Shown here: positions 13,135 through 27,514 of the stretch, one piece after another
Position numbering within the stretch: position 1 is the first letter of the stretch
How the letters are laid out: the number at the start of each line of letters is the position of its first letter
NCBI RefSeq assembly: GCF_006345805.1
Contig: NC_043013.1
Span: 26,784,001 to 26,848,000 of the forward strand
Direction: 5' to 3'
DNA: 64,000 nucleotides
DNA from: Octopus sinensis
Taxonomy: Eukaryota
The notes under the pieces: generated by a model
What the model was told of the DNA's origin: nothing
The model's database searches: none
What the model saw: the letters and a program-made list of their open reading frames with translations, nothing else
Made by a program: the position numbers and the translations under genes

Positions 13135-13765
13135 CATCATCTTTGACAAGAGCTGGTGAGCAGAGCAGAGAGCTGTACCAGGCTCCATTGTCTGTTCTGG
13201 CATGGTTTCTACACCTGAAAGCCCTTCCTAATGCCAACCAATTTACAGAGTGTATTTAGTCATTCTTTATGTGGCACCAACATTGATGCTTTTTACATGG
13301 TACCATCACCAAGTAACTTGAAAGACAAAGATGTCACGGCTTGAAGGAGTAGTACTGAAGAAGGTGGTTTCATGTCTGTTGAGAAGTTAGAGTATATTAG
13401 AGGGATAGAGATAGGTGTCTTACTTTGGAGAAGATACTTGGCTACCCCAGAAGGGAAAGAAAAGAGAGGAAAGAGGGATAGAATTAGAGAGAATGATAGA
13501 GACAGACAGAGTGTGAAAGAGAGCAAAATAGATGGTACTGGAAATGCATCAGGACCTACCCACAGGATGCAGCAGGGAATATAAGTGGTACAAAGAGGAT
13601 AGAGGGGTCTCTTGTCATGTTTTCTGTGAGGCTCAACAGTCAAAGATCATTTCTTGCCACTTCATCCCACATCTTTCTGGGTCTACCTCTTCCACAGGTT
13701 TCTTTCACATTTAGAGAACGACACTTATTAATACAGCTGTCCACATCCATACACATCACATGATT
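13135..13765 (-). mobile_element. Old RTE-clade LINE 3' fragment (different subfamily)
   Basis: Decayed ORF end resembling GHVMRM..CV.KC.SL.V..TCGRGRPRK at 13640-13765, plus the cccttcctaatgccaacc tail motif; 3' UTR shares sequence with 62700-63200. Confidence 0.65.
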
Positions 13766-13770
13766 ATACC

Positions 13771-13989
13771 TATTTCTTTATTACCCACAAGAGTCTAAAT
13801 ATAGAGGGGACAATCAAGGGCAGACAAAGGGATTACATCGACCCCAGTGCGTAACTGGTGCTTAATTTATCGACCCTGAAAGGATGGAAAGCAAAGTCGA
13901 CCTCGGCGGAATTTGAACTCAGAACGTAACGGCAGACGAAATATGGCTACGCATTTTGCCCGGCATGCTAATGATTCTGCCAGCTCGCC
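13771..13989 (-). mobile_element. tRNA-derived SINE family B, tail type 2
   Basis: Head ggcgagctggcagaatc, B-box-like gagttcaaattcc, core gtcgactttgctttccatcctttcagggtcgataaattaagcaccag, tail ...gtgggtaataaagaaata. Confidence 0.85.
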
Positions 13990-14558
13990 AGTCTCTTTTG
14001 CCAAACTACTAAGTTACAGGGACTTAAACGCACCAACACTGGTTGTCAAATAGTCAATCAGTGGGGTACAAATGCAGACAAAAGGACACACCCACACACA
14101 TGAAGGACTCTCCAGTGGAAGACGACATAAGAGCATTCAGCTTTTGCCAAACAACCTGTACAAATGATTTTGCTTATAGTAATCAAATGTATGTGCCACA
14201 CATTAGCTCACTCTCTCCATCAAATCAATATTGCTTAAATAGGTGCACCGTGTCCCAGGCATCAGGTGTTGAATTAATTGACGTGTAACATGAGATGAAG
14301 CATTTTGCTCAAGAACACAATGCACCACCCAGTCTAGGAACTGAAATTATGATCGCTAGGTCATGAGTGTAACACCTGAACCACCAGGCCATGCACCGCC
14401 AGAGCAAAAAAAAAAAACGAAAATAAAACAAAACCACCAAACACACCAGTAATAGATAAATAAATAAATAAATAAATAAAATGACCCCTTTACTTATTGT
14501 AGTAATAATTCATCAACTGAAGTATGTAACCATTATAATACCTGTAATAATTTTCATT

Positions 14559-14942
14559 GTGGACGCGCAATGGCCCAGTGGTTAGGGCAGCGGACTCGCG
14601 GTCATAGGATCGCGGTTTCGGTTCCCAGACCGGGCGTTGTGAGTGTTTATTGAGCGAAAACACCTAAAGCTCCACGCGGCTCCGGCAGGGGATGGTGGTG
14701 ATCCTTGCTGTACTCTTTCACCACAACTTTCTCTCACTCTTACTTCCTCTTTCTGTTGTACCTATATTTTAAAGGGCCGGCCTTGTCACTCTCTGTGTCA
14801 CGCTGAATATCCCCGAGAACTACGTTAAGGGTACACGTGTCTGTGGAGTGCTCAGCCACTTACACGTTAATTTCACGAGCAGGCTGTTCCGTTGATTTGG
14901 ATCAACCGGAACCCTTGTCGTCGTAACCGACGGAGTGCTTCC
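14559..14942 (+). mobile_element. Full-length tRNA-derived SINE family A with a 13-bp TSD
   Basis: A box tggcccagtgg (14571-14581), B-box-like ggtttcggttccc, TSD aataattttcatt at 14546-14558 and 14943-14955; CpGs retained. Older relatives at 14250-14400 (minus) and 18900-19500. Confidence 0.92.
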
Positions 14943-15483
14943 AATAATTTTCATTAAAAAATGACAGGCAAGTATTATTTCAGAAGAGATCATCTGCGTT
15001 TAGAATGAACATCCTAACAGACACCTCCTCACCTTTGGAATTGAAACTGTTTTCATTGAACAAATAATATAGACTTTATAGAGTGAATAGCATTAGTGAG
15101 GTGTGATTAGTTAATCACACATCACTAATTAATAATGATGAGGAAAATGACTAATCTATTTGTCAACATGTCAAGATGCTGAGCTTAGCAAGATCTACCA
15201 TGCAACAGCACAAAACAGTGAGATTGAAGAAAATTTACTGATTGATAAGATTACAAACTGTATATGCCTGTGTGTATATGTATGTATATTATATACATAC
15301 ATACATACATACATACATATACATGTATATATATAACAATATAAATAATATATAAATATATAAATAAAATTACTATTCAAAAGAATATTTTCTAAACCAG
15401 ACTGTTACAGACTTTCTGGAAGGAAGTTTTTGTATTGTGCATTTTAATATATCTGTATATGTGTATGTGTATATGTATATCTG

Positions 15484-15538
<55 letters not shown>

Positions 15539-15555
15539 CTCTCTCTCTATATATA

Positions 15556-15598
<43 letters not shown>

Positions 15599-15599
<1 letters not shown>

Positions 15600-15993
15600 T
15601 AGCAGTATTGCCCGGTGTTGCTCGGGTTTGTAAGGGAAATAACTATGTAACCATTTTTAGAGATGTAAAGTATAATAGCCATCTCAATATGGCTAACCAC
15701 AAAAGGGGGTGTAACTGTAGCGTTTTACGTTCAGAGATTTAATAATGCATTTTTAAAGAGTTACTTCCCTTATATAATAGCAAAAAAATGCATTAAAAAT
15801 GGGAAAAAATGATGGTAATTTTTTTTTTAAATCGTAGACTCATCATAGATGTGCGCTAATACCCAGAAGGGCTTGATATGAATCACGACTATAAGATACC
15901 CACTTTTGGTTACACTGCACCGCAAAATGTAGGAGTAGTTAGGAATCTAAATCGTAGGAGACAGACACACAACTTCACTTTTATATATAAAGA
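15599..15993 (-). mobile_element. Non-autonomous Helitron (family H1)
   Basis: Minus strand starts TCtttatatataaaag and ends with hairpin cccgagcaacaccggg followed by CTAG|T; homologous to 18114-18749. Confidence 0.85.
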
Positions 15994-16025
15994 CGATATA
16001 TATATATATTATATATATATATATA

Positions 16026-17015
16026 TCTCTTATTATAAAAGGCAGATTTTATCTGCCTCCCTTTGGGAGTTATACAAATCTACAATATAGGATTTCTTCA
16101 ATTACAATTTACCTAGCATTTTTAAGAGTACAATGCATCGCGTCATGCCAGGTCCAGTTTTTAAAATTTAAACTCCAATTAAGCAAAATTTACAGAAAAC
16201 TCACATTCTGGTGTGTGTGTCAAATGCTTTTCTTAGTCTGGTTTACACCACACGCAAACGCACACACACAGTGGGCAACGAATAAAATGAAAGTAATTCA
16301 CTTACTGTAGTGAGTGATTCTTTCACTCAGCCTCCCACTTCCTCTTTCCACACATTGACACGCAAATATATATAAATAAAATTGTAAGCTAACGTGCGTG
16401 TGTGTGAGTGTGTGTGTGTGTGTGTGCGCGTGTGTGTGTGTGTGAGGGTGCGTGTGTGTGTGTGTGTGTGTGCGTGTGCGTGAGTGTGTGACAGGAAAGT
16501 TTTTTACGACGAATATAAGACCTATATCCAAGTAGCAGAAAGATAAGACAGTAAGGTGTGATTTGAGGGAGATTTGGCTGCTATTTCTACCATGTCTAGC
16601 TGCCATGTAGGGGTCTCCCTCATAGGCTCATACATACATATATACATAGATAAGACAGTAAGGTGTGATTTGGGGGAAATTTGGCTGCTATTTCTACCAG
16701 GTCTAGCTACCATGTAGAGGCCCCCTCATTGGCTCATATATATATCTCTTATTATAAAAGGCAGATTTTATTTGCCTCCCTTTGGGAGTTATACAAATCT
16801 ACAATATAGGATTTCTTCAATTACAATTTACCTAGCATTTTTAAGAGTACAATGCATCGCGTCATGCCAGGTCCAGTTTTTAAAATTTAAACTCCAATTA
16901 AGCAAAATTTACAGAAAACTCACATTCTGGTGTGTGTGTCAAATGCTTTTCTTAGTCTGGTTTACACCACACGCAAACGCACACACACAGTGGGCAACGA
17001 ATAAAGTGAAACTAG
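16026..17015 (+). mobile_element. Helitron-like family H2: 261-bp near-identical direct duplication (16026-16286, 16745-17005) with captured sequence between
   Basis: Both copies begin A|TCtcttattataaaag with hairpin ggcagattttat(c/t)tgcc; the second copy is followed by CTAG at 17012-17015. Helitron assignment rests on the termini only. Confidence 0.55.
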
Positions 17016-17275
17016 ATGTAATATTTGTTTCTCTCTATCACGCTGATAGATACATGAGTAAAATGTATGGGAAGCTAACACATAAGTGTGAGTGAAAATG
17101 TTCTTGGAAGAGAGTAAATAGCCAGAGATAGTGATTTGAGGAAGACTTTACATTAAATAACCGTAGTGGCTTGTGTTAGTAATAAAGTAAACATACACTC
17201 ATACATACATACATACATACATACATACATACATACATACACACACACATACATACATACACACACACACATACA

Positions 17276-17307
<32 letters not shown>

Positions 17308-17321
17308 CATACATACATATA

Positions 17322-17354
<33 letters not shown>

Positions 17355-17588
17355 TACACACACACACAGTATTGAAGCTTGAGAACAATCAGATACATTT
17401 GCAACACATCTGTTGAAAATATTATTGTTCACACACATACATATACATATATACATACAGACAGACAGACAGATAGACACACACACACACACACATGATC
17501 CAGCATGGCCACAACCTCAAGGCTGAAACATATAAAAGAATAACAGAATATAAATGTGTGCATGTGTGTGAGAGAGAGAGTGTGTGTG

Positions 17589-17620
<32 letters not shown>

Positions 17621-17839
17621 TGTATGTATGTATGTATGTATGTATGTATGTATATATATATAATAATGCGGTTTTTTCAACAGATTGAACTAAAAGTCAG
17701 AGGGGAATGGGATAAACTACTTATATTAACTTGCTATAAAAGCAGGTAGTAATTTTATCTTGTCCTTATTCATAGTGCAAGTTTTGAAGAGTGCATTTCG
17801 ATTTTAACAGCTATTTTTTTCAAAGCTATATTGGAACAG

Positions 17840-18095
17840 CCTAGAAGACGAGCCTCATCCTGAAAGATCTGTAGAACTCGACAAGGACATCCTGAAAACC
17901 CTGGTGGAACAAAATCTCATCGTAACTGTTGAGGAACTAGCAGAGAAGCTTGGATTTGGTCATTCAACCATTCATTGAGACCTGTGTGCTATCGGAAAAG
18001 TCAGCAAATTGGGTCAATGGGTTCCTCACGAACTTTCCGAGTCTAATTGCATGCAGAGAGTGAATGTATGCTTTTCTTTGCTGTCACATCTCACC
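17840..18095 (+). pseudogene. Mariner transposase fragment
   Basis: SLEDEPHPERSVELDKDILKTLVEQN..TVEELAEKLG.GHSTIH*..IGKVSKLGQWVPHELSE with the diagnostic WVPHEL motif; truncated by the adjacent Helitron. Confidence 0.88.
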
Positions 18096-18113
18096 ACTAC
18101 TGCGCTATGTATA

Positions 18114-18749
18114 TCTATATATATAAAACTGTAGTTGTGTGAGTGTCTGTCCCCTTCGATTTAGATTCCTAACTACTCCCACATTTTGCGGTGCAGTTTA
18201 ACCAAATTTGGGTAGCTTATAGTCGTGATTCATATCGAGCCCGTCTGAGTATTAGCGCGCGTCTACGATGAGTCTACGATTTTAAAAATAATTTAACATC
18301 ATTTTTTTCCATTTTAATGCATAATTTTTCGTGTGTCGATGGCGGCGGAGTTGGCGTCCACGCTCACACCTGCACCTGTGGGGAAGGGAGTGTAAGGAAA
18401 TCAACGTCGTAATGCGTTGTCAAGGAGACCAGCGTTCTTTTAGAACAACGACTTCATGGCTTGAAGACACCAAAACAGAAATGGCTAAGAAAGCGTCTAC
18501 ATGAGTCTACGATTTAAAAAAAAAATTTACCATCGTTTTTTTTCCATTTTAATGCATTTTTTCGCTATTATATAAGGGAAGTAACTCTCTAAAAATGTCT
18601 ACGATGAGTCAACGATTTTTCAAAAAATTTACCATCATATTTTTTCCATTTTTAATGCATTTTTTGCTATTTTTTGGCTATAACTCTCTAAAAATGCTTA
18701 TATAGTTATTTCCCTTACAAACCCAAGGAACGCTGGGCGATACTGCTAG
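18114..18749 (+). mobile_element. Non-autonomous Helitron (family H1), longer variant
   Basis: A|TC start, hairpin cccaaggaacgctggg (18722-18737), CTAG|T end; internal ~110-bp unit (gtctacgatgagtctacgatttt...ccattttaatgcat) present three times. Confidence 0.88.
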
Positions 18750-18768
18750 TATATATATATATATATAT

Positions 18769-18833
<65 letters not shown>

Positions 18834-18839
18834 CATCTA

Positions 18840-18871
<32 letters not shown>

Positions 18872-18899
18872 CACACACATATATACATATATGTGTGTG

Positions 18900-19365
18900 T
18901 GAAGGTGTGTGGCTCTGTGGCTGGTGTATTCGGATCGTGATCGCAAGGTCATGAGTTCAATTCTCGGTGACACATTGTGTCCTTGAGCAAGACACTTTAT
19001 TTCACATTGCTCCACTGCATTTAGCTGGTAAAAATAAGTTGTACCTGTTTTTAAAAGCACCAGTCTTGTTACACACTGTGTCATGCTGAATCTCCCTGAG
19101 AACTACATTAAAGGTGCACGACTGGCTCTCGTGCTGGCATGTAAAAAGCACCACTCAAGTGTGATCAATGCCAGTGCTGCCTGACTTGCCCCCATGCCGG
19201 TGGCATGTAAAAAGCACCCACTACACTCTCGGAGTGGTTGGTGTTAGGAAGGGCATCTGGCTGTAGAAAACTTGGCAGAACAGATTGGAGCCTGGTGTAG
19301 CCTCCTGGCTTGCCAGTCCTTAGTCAAACCATCCAATCTATGCCAGCATGGAAACCAGACATTAA

Positions 19366-19397
<32 letters not shown>

Positions 19398-19500
19398 ATC
19401 TTTGGAGTGCTCAGCCACATACATGTTAATTTCATAAGCAGGTGGTTCCATTGATCGGATCAACTGGAACCCTCATCATAATAACTGATGGGATGCCAGT
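18900..19500 (+). mobile_element. SINE family A copy interrupted by an RTE tail (19121-19398)
   Basis: SINE sequence aaggtgcacg|...|tttggagtgctcagccac is split by ggcatgtaaaaagcaccc...(gat)n. Confidence 0.8.
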
Positions 19501-19508
19501 ATATATAT

Positions 19509-19905
19509 CATCATCATCGTTTAACGTCCGCTTCCCATGCTGGCATGGGTTGGACGGTTTGACTGAGGACCAGCGAGCCAGATGGCTGCACCAGACTTCA
19601 GTCTGATCTGGCAGAGTTTCTACAGCTGGATAGCCTTCCTAATGCCAACCACTTTGAGTGTAGTGGGTGCTTTTACGTGCCACCAGCACAAGGGCTAGTC
19701 AGGAAGTACTGGCATCAATCACACTCAAATGGTGCTTTTTATGTGCCACCTTCACAGGAGCCAGTCAGTGGATCTGGCAACAATCACACTTGAATGGTGC
19801 TTCTAACATTCCACTGGCATGGGCTCCAATCAGGTGGTACTGTCATCGGCCATGGACAGCAATTACAAGCAAATGATTGAAGGGTACTCTTAAATGGGCT
19901 GGTTA
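19509..19905 (-). mobile_element. RTE 3' UTR fragment in a (TA)n tract
   Basis: catcatcgtttaacgtccgcttcccatgctggcatgggttggacgg...ccttcctaatgccaacc with diverged tandem units. Confidence 0.8.
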
Positions 19906-19969
19906 ATATATATGTATATGTATATGTGTGTGTGTATATATATATATATATAGATAGATAGATAGATAG

Positions 19970-20026
<57 letters not shown>

Positions 20027-20978
20027 GTATATGATGGGTTTCAGCACTGTTTCCATCTTTGAAATTCACTCACATGGCATTGGTCGGCCCAGATATATAA
20101 TAAAAGTCACTTGCTCAAGGTTCTGCACAGTGGGCCTGAGCCCATAACCACATGGTTGCTAAGCAAGCTTCTTAACCACACAGCCATTTATTGAACACTC
20201 AGCTACTTACAAAATCACATGGTAGTACAGTTGATCAAACAACTGGAATATTTATCGTTAAACCCAACCAAAGTCCTCTCACTATATATGCATAATATAT
20301 CTGCCTCGTTTTATATATATGTATGTATGCTAACTGTCAACAATAATATGTAGTTTTGAGAACATCCACCCTCGTGTTTTAAGATTACAGTTGATTACTA
20401 ATTTTACAACATTTGCTTTTACATAGAAAGGAGCTTTTATAATTTTAGTATTACCTCTGGTTCCATTCTCTAAATGCTAGTCTATATATAATGTGATGTA
20501 TGTTCATTTGTCTATAGACACATTTTCTTTCAAAAGAGAGCATAACTATGGTGATTTCCCATGCAATGTATATTATTTCTTTTCATGAAACATGTTGGAG
20601 AAAACAACATCACCGATGTTATTCTTTCTCTTCTTTCATAGAATTATATGTTTTATTTATTTTTTTAATAAATTTTTATTTACATTGTTAGTTTTTGCTG
20701 TACCATACTTTGTTTATTTTATATTATTTTATGTTCTTTATTCAACTTTATTTTCCCATTTATTTTGGTTTATATTCTTGTCATTCTCTTAGTCTATTAT
20801 TATTTCTTATTCTTCTTCCTTCAAAGAAACCAGTGGAGTATTTCTTTTGTTCAATGGGATTTTCAAACATTGTTTTTAGTCTCATGAAAAAATGTAATCA
20901 CTCCATTATGTGAAATGATAAGGTTGTTCTGTGTTCACAATCTCCTCAACATCAGGACCATAAGACTCTCTCTCTTTC

Positions 20979-21064
<86 letters not shown>

Positions 21065-22289
21065 ATGTGTAGTTAAGAGGTTAATAAACCACACGTTGCC
21101 TATGCAGATCCCCATTAAATTCATTTCCTGGAATCCTGTTCTCTTGGATCACCACTTGGATTACATGAGATACATTTTTATATGTACACAGAGGAGTGCA
21201 GGGGTGACTGTGTGGTTAAGAAGTTTGCTCTTTCAAACTATGTGACCCTGGGTTCAGCCCCATGGCACAGCACCTCACCACCAAAACCTTGTGGCTAGAT
21301 TTCTAAATGGACACATCACATTATTTATGGGATGACTCAGTATTAGCCTGATGCTCACTAAAGGTGAAAAAAGAGTGGGTTATTTTTGTTTCAAGCATAG
21401 CTCTTTGTCATAAAAGAGAAATGTAAGATCTGGAGAAGGAAAAACCACAAGAAGAACAAATGCTAAACTATTTTAAAAGCCAAAACAATGCAAATTTCAA
21501 AATTAATACAGGTTAATGGTTTGTACTATTAGCTGGTATTTCAATATTTCAGGTTTAGGACCCCTTCTTCGGGAGATTTGCACATTTTTCTCTATAAATT
21601 TGTGTGTCAATGTGTGTATATATGTTTGTGTTTGGTGTAACACAGCTGGTTAAACAAGATGAGGTTTATATCACAATGATAATTTAATCCATCAGTAGAA
21701 TATAGATCCACATAGATCAATATAGATCAATTAACCAGAAACCAGATTGACATTAGTTCTGATTTCACTATGATTGACTAAAAACTCCTTAATGTTGTGC
21801 ACCTATATGGTTACAATTCAATAGCTGAACCCAATTAAAAAAAAAAAAACAATGTAAACCAGTGAAATGTCTATATTTAAGGGAAGGTTGCTGATAAATC
21901 AGTTTGTGTGTAACAAACAGATTGACATCATGGTACATCTATCCTGTACAGATGGTCTTTTTTGTTACTCTTGGCATAGGAAATGCTATGAAATTGCTAT
22001 TGTTATTGTAATCAAAAGTGCTATTGTTCATACATGCACGATCTTTTTAATATGATGCAGGAATGGCAATGTGGTTAAGGTGATTACTTCTCAGCTATTA
22101 TGGTTCCGGGTTCAATCCCACACCTGAGGCAGGTGTCTTCTTCTATAGCTTCAAAATGACCAAAGGTTGGTGAGTGGATTTGGGAGATGGAAACTGAAAG
22201 TAGCTTGTTGTATAATCATATCTATCTGTCCGTCCATCTATCTGTCTGTTCATCTGTCTGATTTTATGTCTGTCTGTTTGTCTATCTAT

Positions 22290-22344
<55 letters not shown>

Positions 22345-22402
22345 GCTAGCTAGCTATCTATCTATCTATCCAACTATATACACACACACATATGTATATG
22401 TA

Positions 22403-22459
<57 letters not shown>

Positions 22460-22577
22460 ACCACACATAATGTATGTGCTTTGCTTCTTTTTAAGTAGGC
22501 TGTGGTTTTGCATGGTAGGAATGACTCCCTCAAAGCACCAGGTTGATGTGTTAAAATACCTGAAAGTCATAGACAGC

Positions 22578-22625
<48 letters not shown>

Positions 22626-22639
22626 ACACACACACACAC

Positions 22640-22686
<47 letters not shown>

Positions 22687-23911
22687 ACACACATATACAC
22701 ATATATATACATATATATAAATGTATATATACATATGCTTATATTTATGTATATATATGTGTGTTTGTGTGTCTGTGTGTATGATAGTTGTAAATGAGTG
22801 TCACTGTCATACAAGCAGTATCATTCATCTCCAATATTCTGCAGAAACATGCTTGGTTGGGAGGAAATATTACCTTGTTTGGAAACAGTTGAGGGTTAGC
22901 AACAGGAAAGGCACCAAGCCATAGAAAATGTGCCTCAATAAAACTATGTCCGATCCATGTAAGAATGGAAATGAAACATTACCAATATGACAATGGCAAT
23001 GATGATGATGACAATGGTGATGATCATGATGACTTATTTATTTCAATGAATCCAGAAGAATCGATAAATTAAGTGAAGTTGAACTCCATCTCTGGTAAGA
23101 TTTGAACTTATGTCAGTGAGGTTACAAATCTGAATACTAGATTCAATAATTGCTTGGAATTTTCAACAGAAATATGGTAACAAAAGGGTTGACATCAGCT
23201 GTAATATTGATTTTTAAATTTGGGGACTCAGTATCGGTATCAACACGGGAGGGATTTTTTTTTTTTTGTTATCGGTAGTGCTCATGGCCCTTTCTAGGTT
23301 TCTGAGACTAGTGTGAGGGAGGAAAGGAAAGTGTCCATGAACTAGAGATCTGATGGGCCTGGAGTGAATGCTGCTAAAGACATCCTACACCCATGTGGTG
23401 GTATTAAACCAGGAGGCAGTTTCAGTCTACTACCAAGTAGGCTATTAGAGGATTTGAACTCACAATGCAAACAACTGGAACAGACACCATTAAGCATCTC
23501 CTCAAAGCCTCTAATAATTCTATCTTCCATTCTAGAATGGTACTTCCTTTGTTAATCTTGGAAAGAAACAAAAAATATTCAGATCTTGGTGAGATTTGAA
23601 TTCAGAACTCAAGGGGCCACAAAAAATACCACAAGGTATTTTGTTCGTTACTCTAATGACTCAGCCAATTCACCAACTTATGAATGGCTAAGTTTACCCC
23701 GGCAGTATTTAAGCCCAGAGAATGTAAAAAAAATATCAAATATTGTTTTTAATATAGGAAGTACACTCTGTTCTACTTCCCTTCATCTAATTCTGTTAGG
23801 AAAAGATACCAAATCAATCAAAGGAATGTCATTTATGATAGACTAGACTCTTCTCCAGGGGTACAAATTTATCTAATATTTGTTATATAACTCCATAAGA
23901 TCCTGAATAAG

Positions 23912-24127
23912 TATTCTTTTCTACTCTAGGCACAAGGCACGAAATTTTGGGGGAGGGGGCCAGTTGAGTAGATCGACCCCAGTATGCAACTGATACTTAA
24001 TTTATCAACCCCAAAAGGATGAAAGGCAAAATTAACCTCGGTGAAATTTGAACTCAGAGCATAAAGACAGACAAAATACTGCTAAGCATTTTGCCTGGCA
24101 TGTTAACGTTTCTGCCAGCTTACCACC
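23912..24127 (-). mobile_element. tRNA-derived SINE family B, tail type 1; further copies at 28121-28335, 29216-29415, 33118-33320, 53360-53462, 54135-54278, 60080-60200, 61996-62203
   Basis: Shared head and core; tail cccctcccccaaaattt..ggccttgtgcctagagtagaaaagaat. Confidence 0.85.
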
Positions 24128-24204
24128 TTTTCATGAATAAGTACTGGTTCTTTAAAGATCAGATTCAAGAGACATTTACACAAAGCGTGACTCAAAGACC
24201 ACGT

Positions 24205-24425
24205 TTCATTTGAACCTTTTATTACCAAACTTCTGTTGAAGTACAATGCCTTTGTTTCAATTAATTTTGAAAATGAAGAATTTAGTAAAATAACTCTGCC
24301 ATTATTAAGCTGCTGTTTGGAACATAAATTAACATAAATTTTATTGGAAGGTTTTAATTTAAATAACTTTAAAACAGGAAATTTGCATCATAGAACTAAG
24401 TTGTGGTCTTATATGGGTTATATTT
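24205..24425. mobile_element. Decayed piggyBac-like MITE
   Basis: Degenerate terminus ttgaacctttttattacca resembles caacagaaatatggtaacaaaagggttga at about 23170 (reverse complement); opposite terminus eroded. Confidence 0.4.
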
Positions 24426-24799
24426 TTTATTATAATTTATTTTATTTCTTTCTGTTACAGGTATTTAATGAATATCTCTGAGATTTTTGTCATCATTAAG
24501 CATTGAGAAACACACGGCTGAACAAAGGATAAAGATTGTTCAATTTTATTTCAAAAACATCATTCCAAAATAACTTTTGCATTAGTGTATATTTACATTT
24601 TACATTTACCAACTGACAGAAGATAAAGAATGAATTTAAAACTCAAAGCATACAAAGCACCCATTAATTTGACAGAGTTGCTGTTGCTTACAGCTATAAA
24701 CCAAGCCATTATATGCTACCAAAATATGATGCATATTCTTCATGGATATAGCACAGCTCTGGTGATGACCGATAATATGTCATCTAGCACCCTAACCAA

Positions 24800-25021
24800 T
24801 TAGGGTAGCATTTAAACCAGTCATGTCTGGCCTAAATATTCTTGCAGTTTTAGACTTAAACTGGCCAGATCCAGCCTCTCGTACCTATCCTACAATATCA
24901 TTTTAAAAATAACAATCACATCACCAAAATCACAATGCTACAAGAGATAATGCACGATTAATTCAAACCAAAGTGAATAAGCGTTATATTTGACAGAGAA
25001 ATCTGAATGCTAAAGGGTTAA
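24800..25021. mobile_element. piggyBac-like MITE, right end intact
   Basis: Ends ctgaatgctaaagggTTAA; left end is a degenerate ...tagcatttaaacc. Confidence 0.55.
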
Positions 25022-26447
25022 AAATATTTCATTAGCATGGTGTATTTAATTCTAAATTATTTTTATTTTGCCCTTTATTTTGGGATCTTCAGAGTTTGTG
25101 ATTTGGTTAAATTCTTCTTATGAAGCAATGTTGTAATTTTCTTTTAAGTAGGAACATGTATTTAATTACAAAAATAATGAATATTCATTTACCCTCAAGC
25201 CCAAAGTTCAATAAGCAGAATCAGTCACTAGACCTTTTTCCTGACCAGAGGGATCTATCAACAAGTTACTAATTTTCTTGGCTTCAAGGCATAGTTAAAA
25301 GGAATGTGACAATCTTTTCCTTTCTTGAGTACATTAAGAGAGTAAATAAAGCATCTCCAACGAGAAATTGAACTCTGAGTCATAGACTTTGATACTCATC
25401 AACCCTTTTAATTACATTCTAAAAATTACTGTCATCATTGCTGCCACCACCGGTTCCTTTGTTGTTGTTCATTGTTGTTGTTCTCCTCCTCCTCCTCCTT
25501 CCTATCATCATCACCATCATCATCATCATCATCTTTACCATCATCTTCATCATCATCTTCTACCTTATCATCACTATCCTCCTCCTCTTCCTCCTCCTCC
25601 TCCTCATCATCATCATCCTCATCATCATCATCATCCATACATTAGTTGTGTGATAAACAAATTTCTTTTTTCCCAACACACATTATATTTGGTCATCTCT
25701 TCTGTTAATCCCCTGCTAAATCTCATTTAAAACAGCTCTAAATATCTCAATACTCCTAAAATTTTAGCCACTAATCCTCTTTATCCAGTTTCTCTTGTTT
25801 GTTAATGTAGAATTTTATCGGTCTAGAAGGGAACTTCTACATGGTTGCTCAACCGCTTTAGAAATAGCAACCAAATCATACATTGTTCTCTTAATGGGGG
25901 AAGGTTATGTCAGATGGTTTCGTCTGAAATGTCTTTGATCATAAGTTTGCTTGTTCAGAGATAATTCACTGCTAAACAAGAATAACAACAATAGGGAAGG
26001 GCACATTGGATTATGTATTCCTAGATATACTATGCCTTTATCTTTTATCTGTTTCAGCCACTGGATTGTACCCATGCTGGAGCACAGCCTTCAAGGGTTT
26101 AGTTAAACAAATCAACCCTAGTACATTTTTTAGTCTTGAACTTATTAATTCTATTGGTGTGTTTTGCCAAACTGCTAAGTTATGGGGATGTAAGCAAACC
26201 AACACTGGTTGTTAGACAAACATAAAGATACACACACATATATATGCGATAGGCTTCTACACAGTTTCCATCTACTAAATTCACTCACAAGGAACTGTGA
26301 GGGAAGCAAGCTTCTTACTACACAACTACACCTGCACCGCATATGGAACAAAAACAACAACAAAAAAACACTTAGATTGTGATGGCTGCAATAGTTTTGA
26401 TCATATTCTTAGAAACAAATAATTAAAATTTAGAAGATTTTTTTCAT

Positions 26448-27442
26448 AGGCATGACTGTGTGGTAAGAACATTGCTTACCAACCACATGGTTCCAGGTTC
26501 AGTCCACTGCATGGCATCTTGGGCAACTATCTTCTACTAGAGCCTCGGGATGACCAAAGCCTTGTGAGTGGATTTGGTACACAGAAACTGAAAGAAGCCC
26601 ATCATATTATCATCATCATCATTATCATCATCGTTTAACGTCCACTTTCCATGCTGGTATGGGTTGGACAGTTTGACTGAGGACTGGCAAGCCAGATGGT
26701 TGCACCAGGCTCCAATCTGATCTGGCAGAGTTTCTACAGCTGGATGCCCTTCCTAACGCCAACCACTCCGAGAGTGTACTGGGTGCTTTAATGTGTCACT
26801 GGCATGAGGGCTAGTCAGGCAGTACTGGCGATGGCCACACTCAAATGGTGTTTTTTATGTGCCACCTGCACAGGAGCCAGTCTAGCGGCACTGGCAATGA
26901 CCTTGCTCGAATGTTTTGCATGTGCCAGTAAGGTGATGCTGGTAAAAATCACGCTCGAATGGTGCCTTTTTTTGTGCCAATGGCACGAGAACCAGTCAGT
27001 GGTCCTAGCAATGATTATGCTCGGATAGTGCTTTTAACGTTCCACTGGCACGGGTGCCAGTCAGGCGGTGCTGTCATCGGCCACATCAGTGAATTTAATT
27101 TTGACTGTGATTTCACAGGTCTTTGCAAGCAACACATAAGTAGGCGGGTTATGGTGTCACTTGGCTTGCCGGGTCTTCTCAAGCACAGCATATTTCCAAA
27201 GGTCTCGGTCACTAGTCATTGCCTCGGTGAGGCCCAATGTTCGAAGGTCGTGCTTCACCACCTTGTCCTGGTTCTATCTCTTCTACAGATTCTCTCAACT
27301 GCTAGGGTGTGACACTTTTTCACACAGCTGTCCCCATCCATTCGCACCACATGTCCATACCAGTGCAGGCGTCTCTCTTACACACCACACCTGATGCTTC
27401 TTAGGTCCAACATATATGCATATACATACATATATATATATA

Positions 27443-27514
<72 letters not shown>

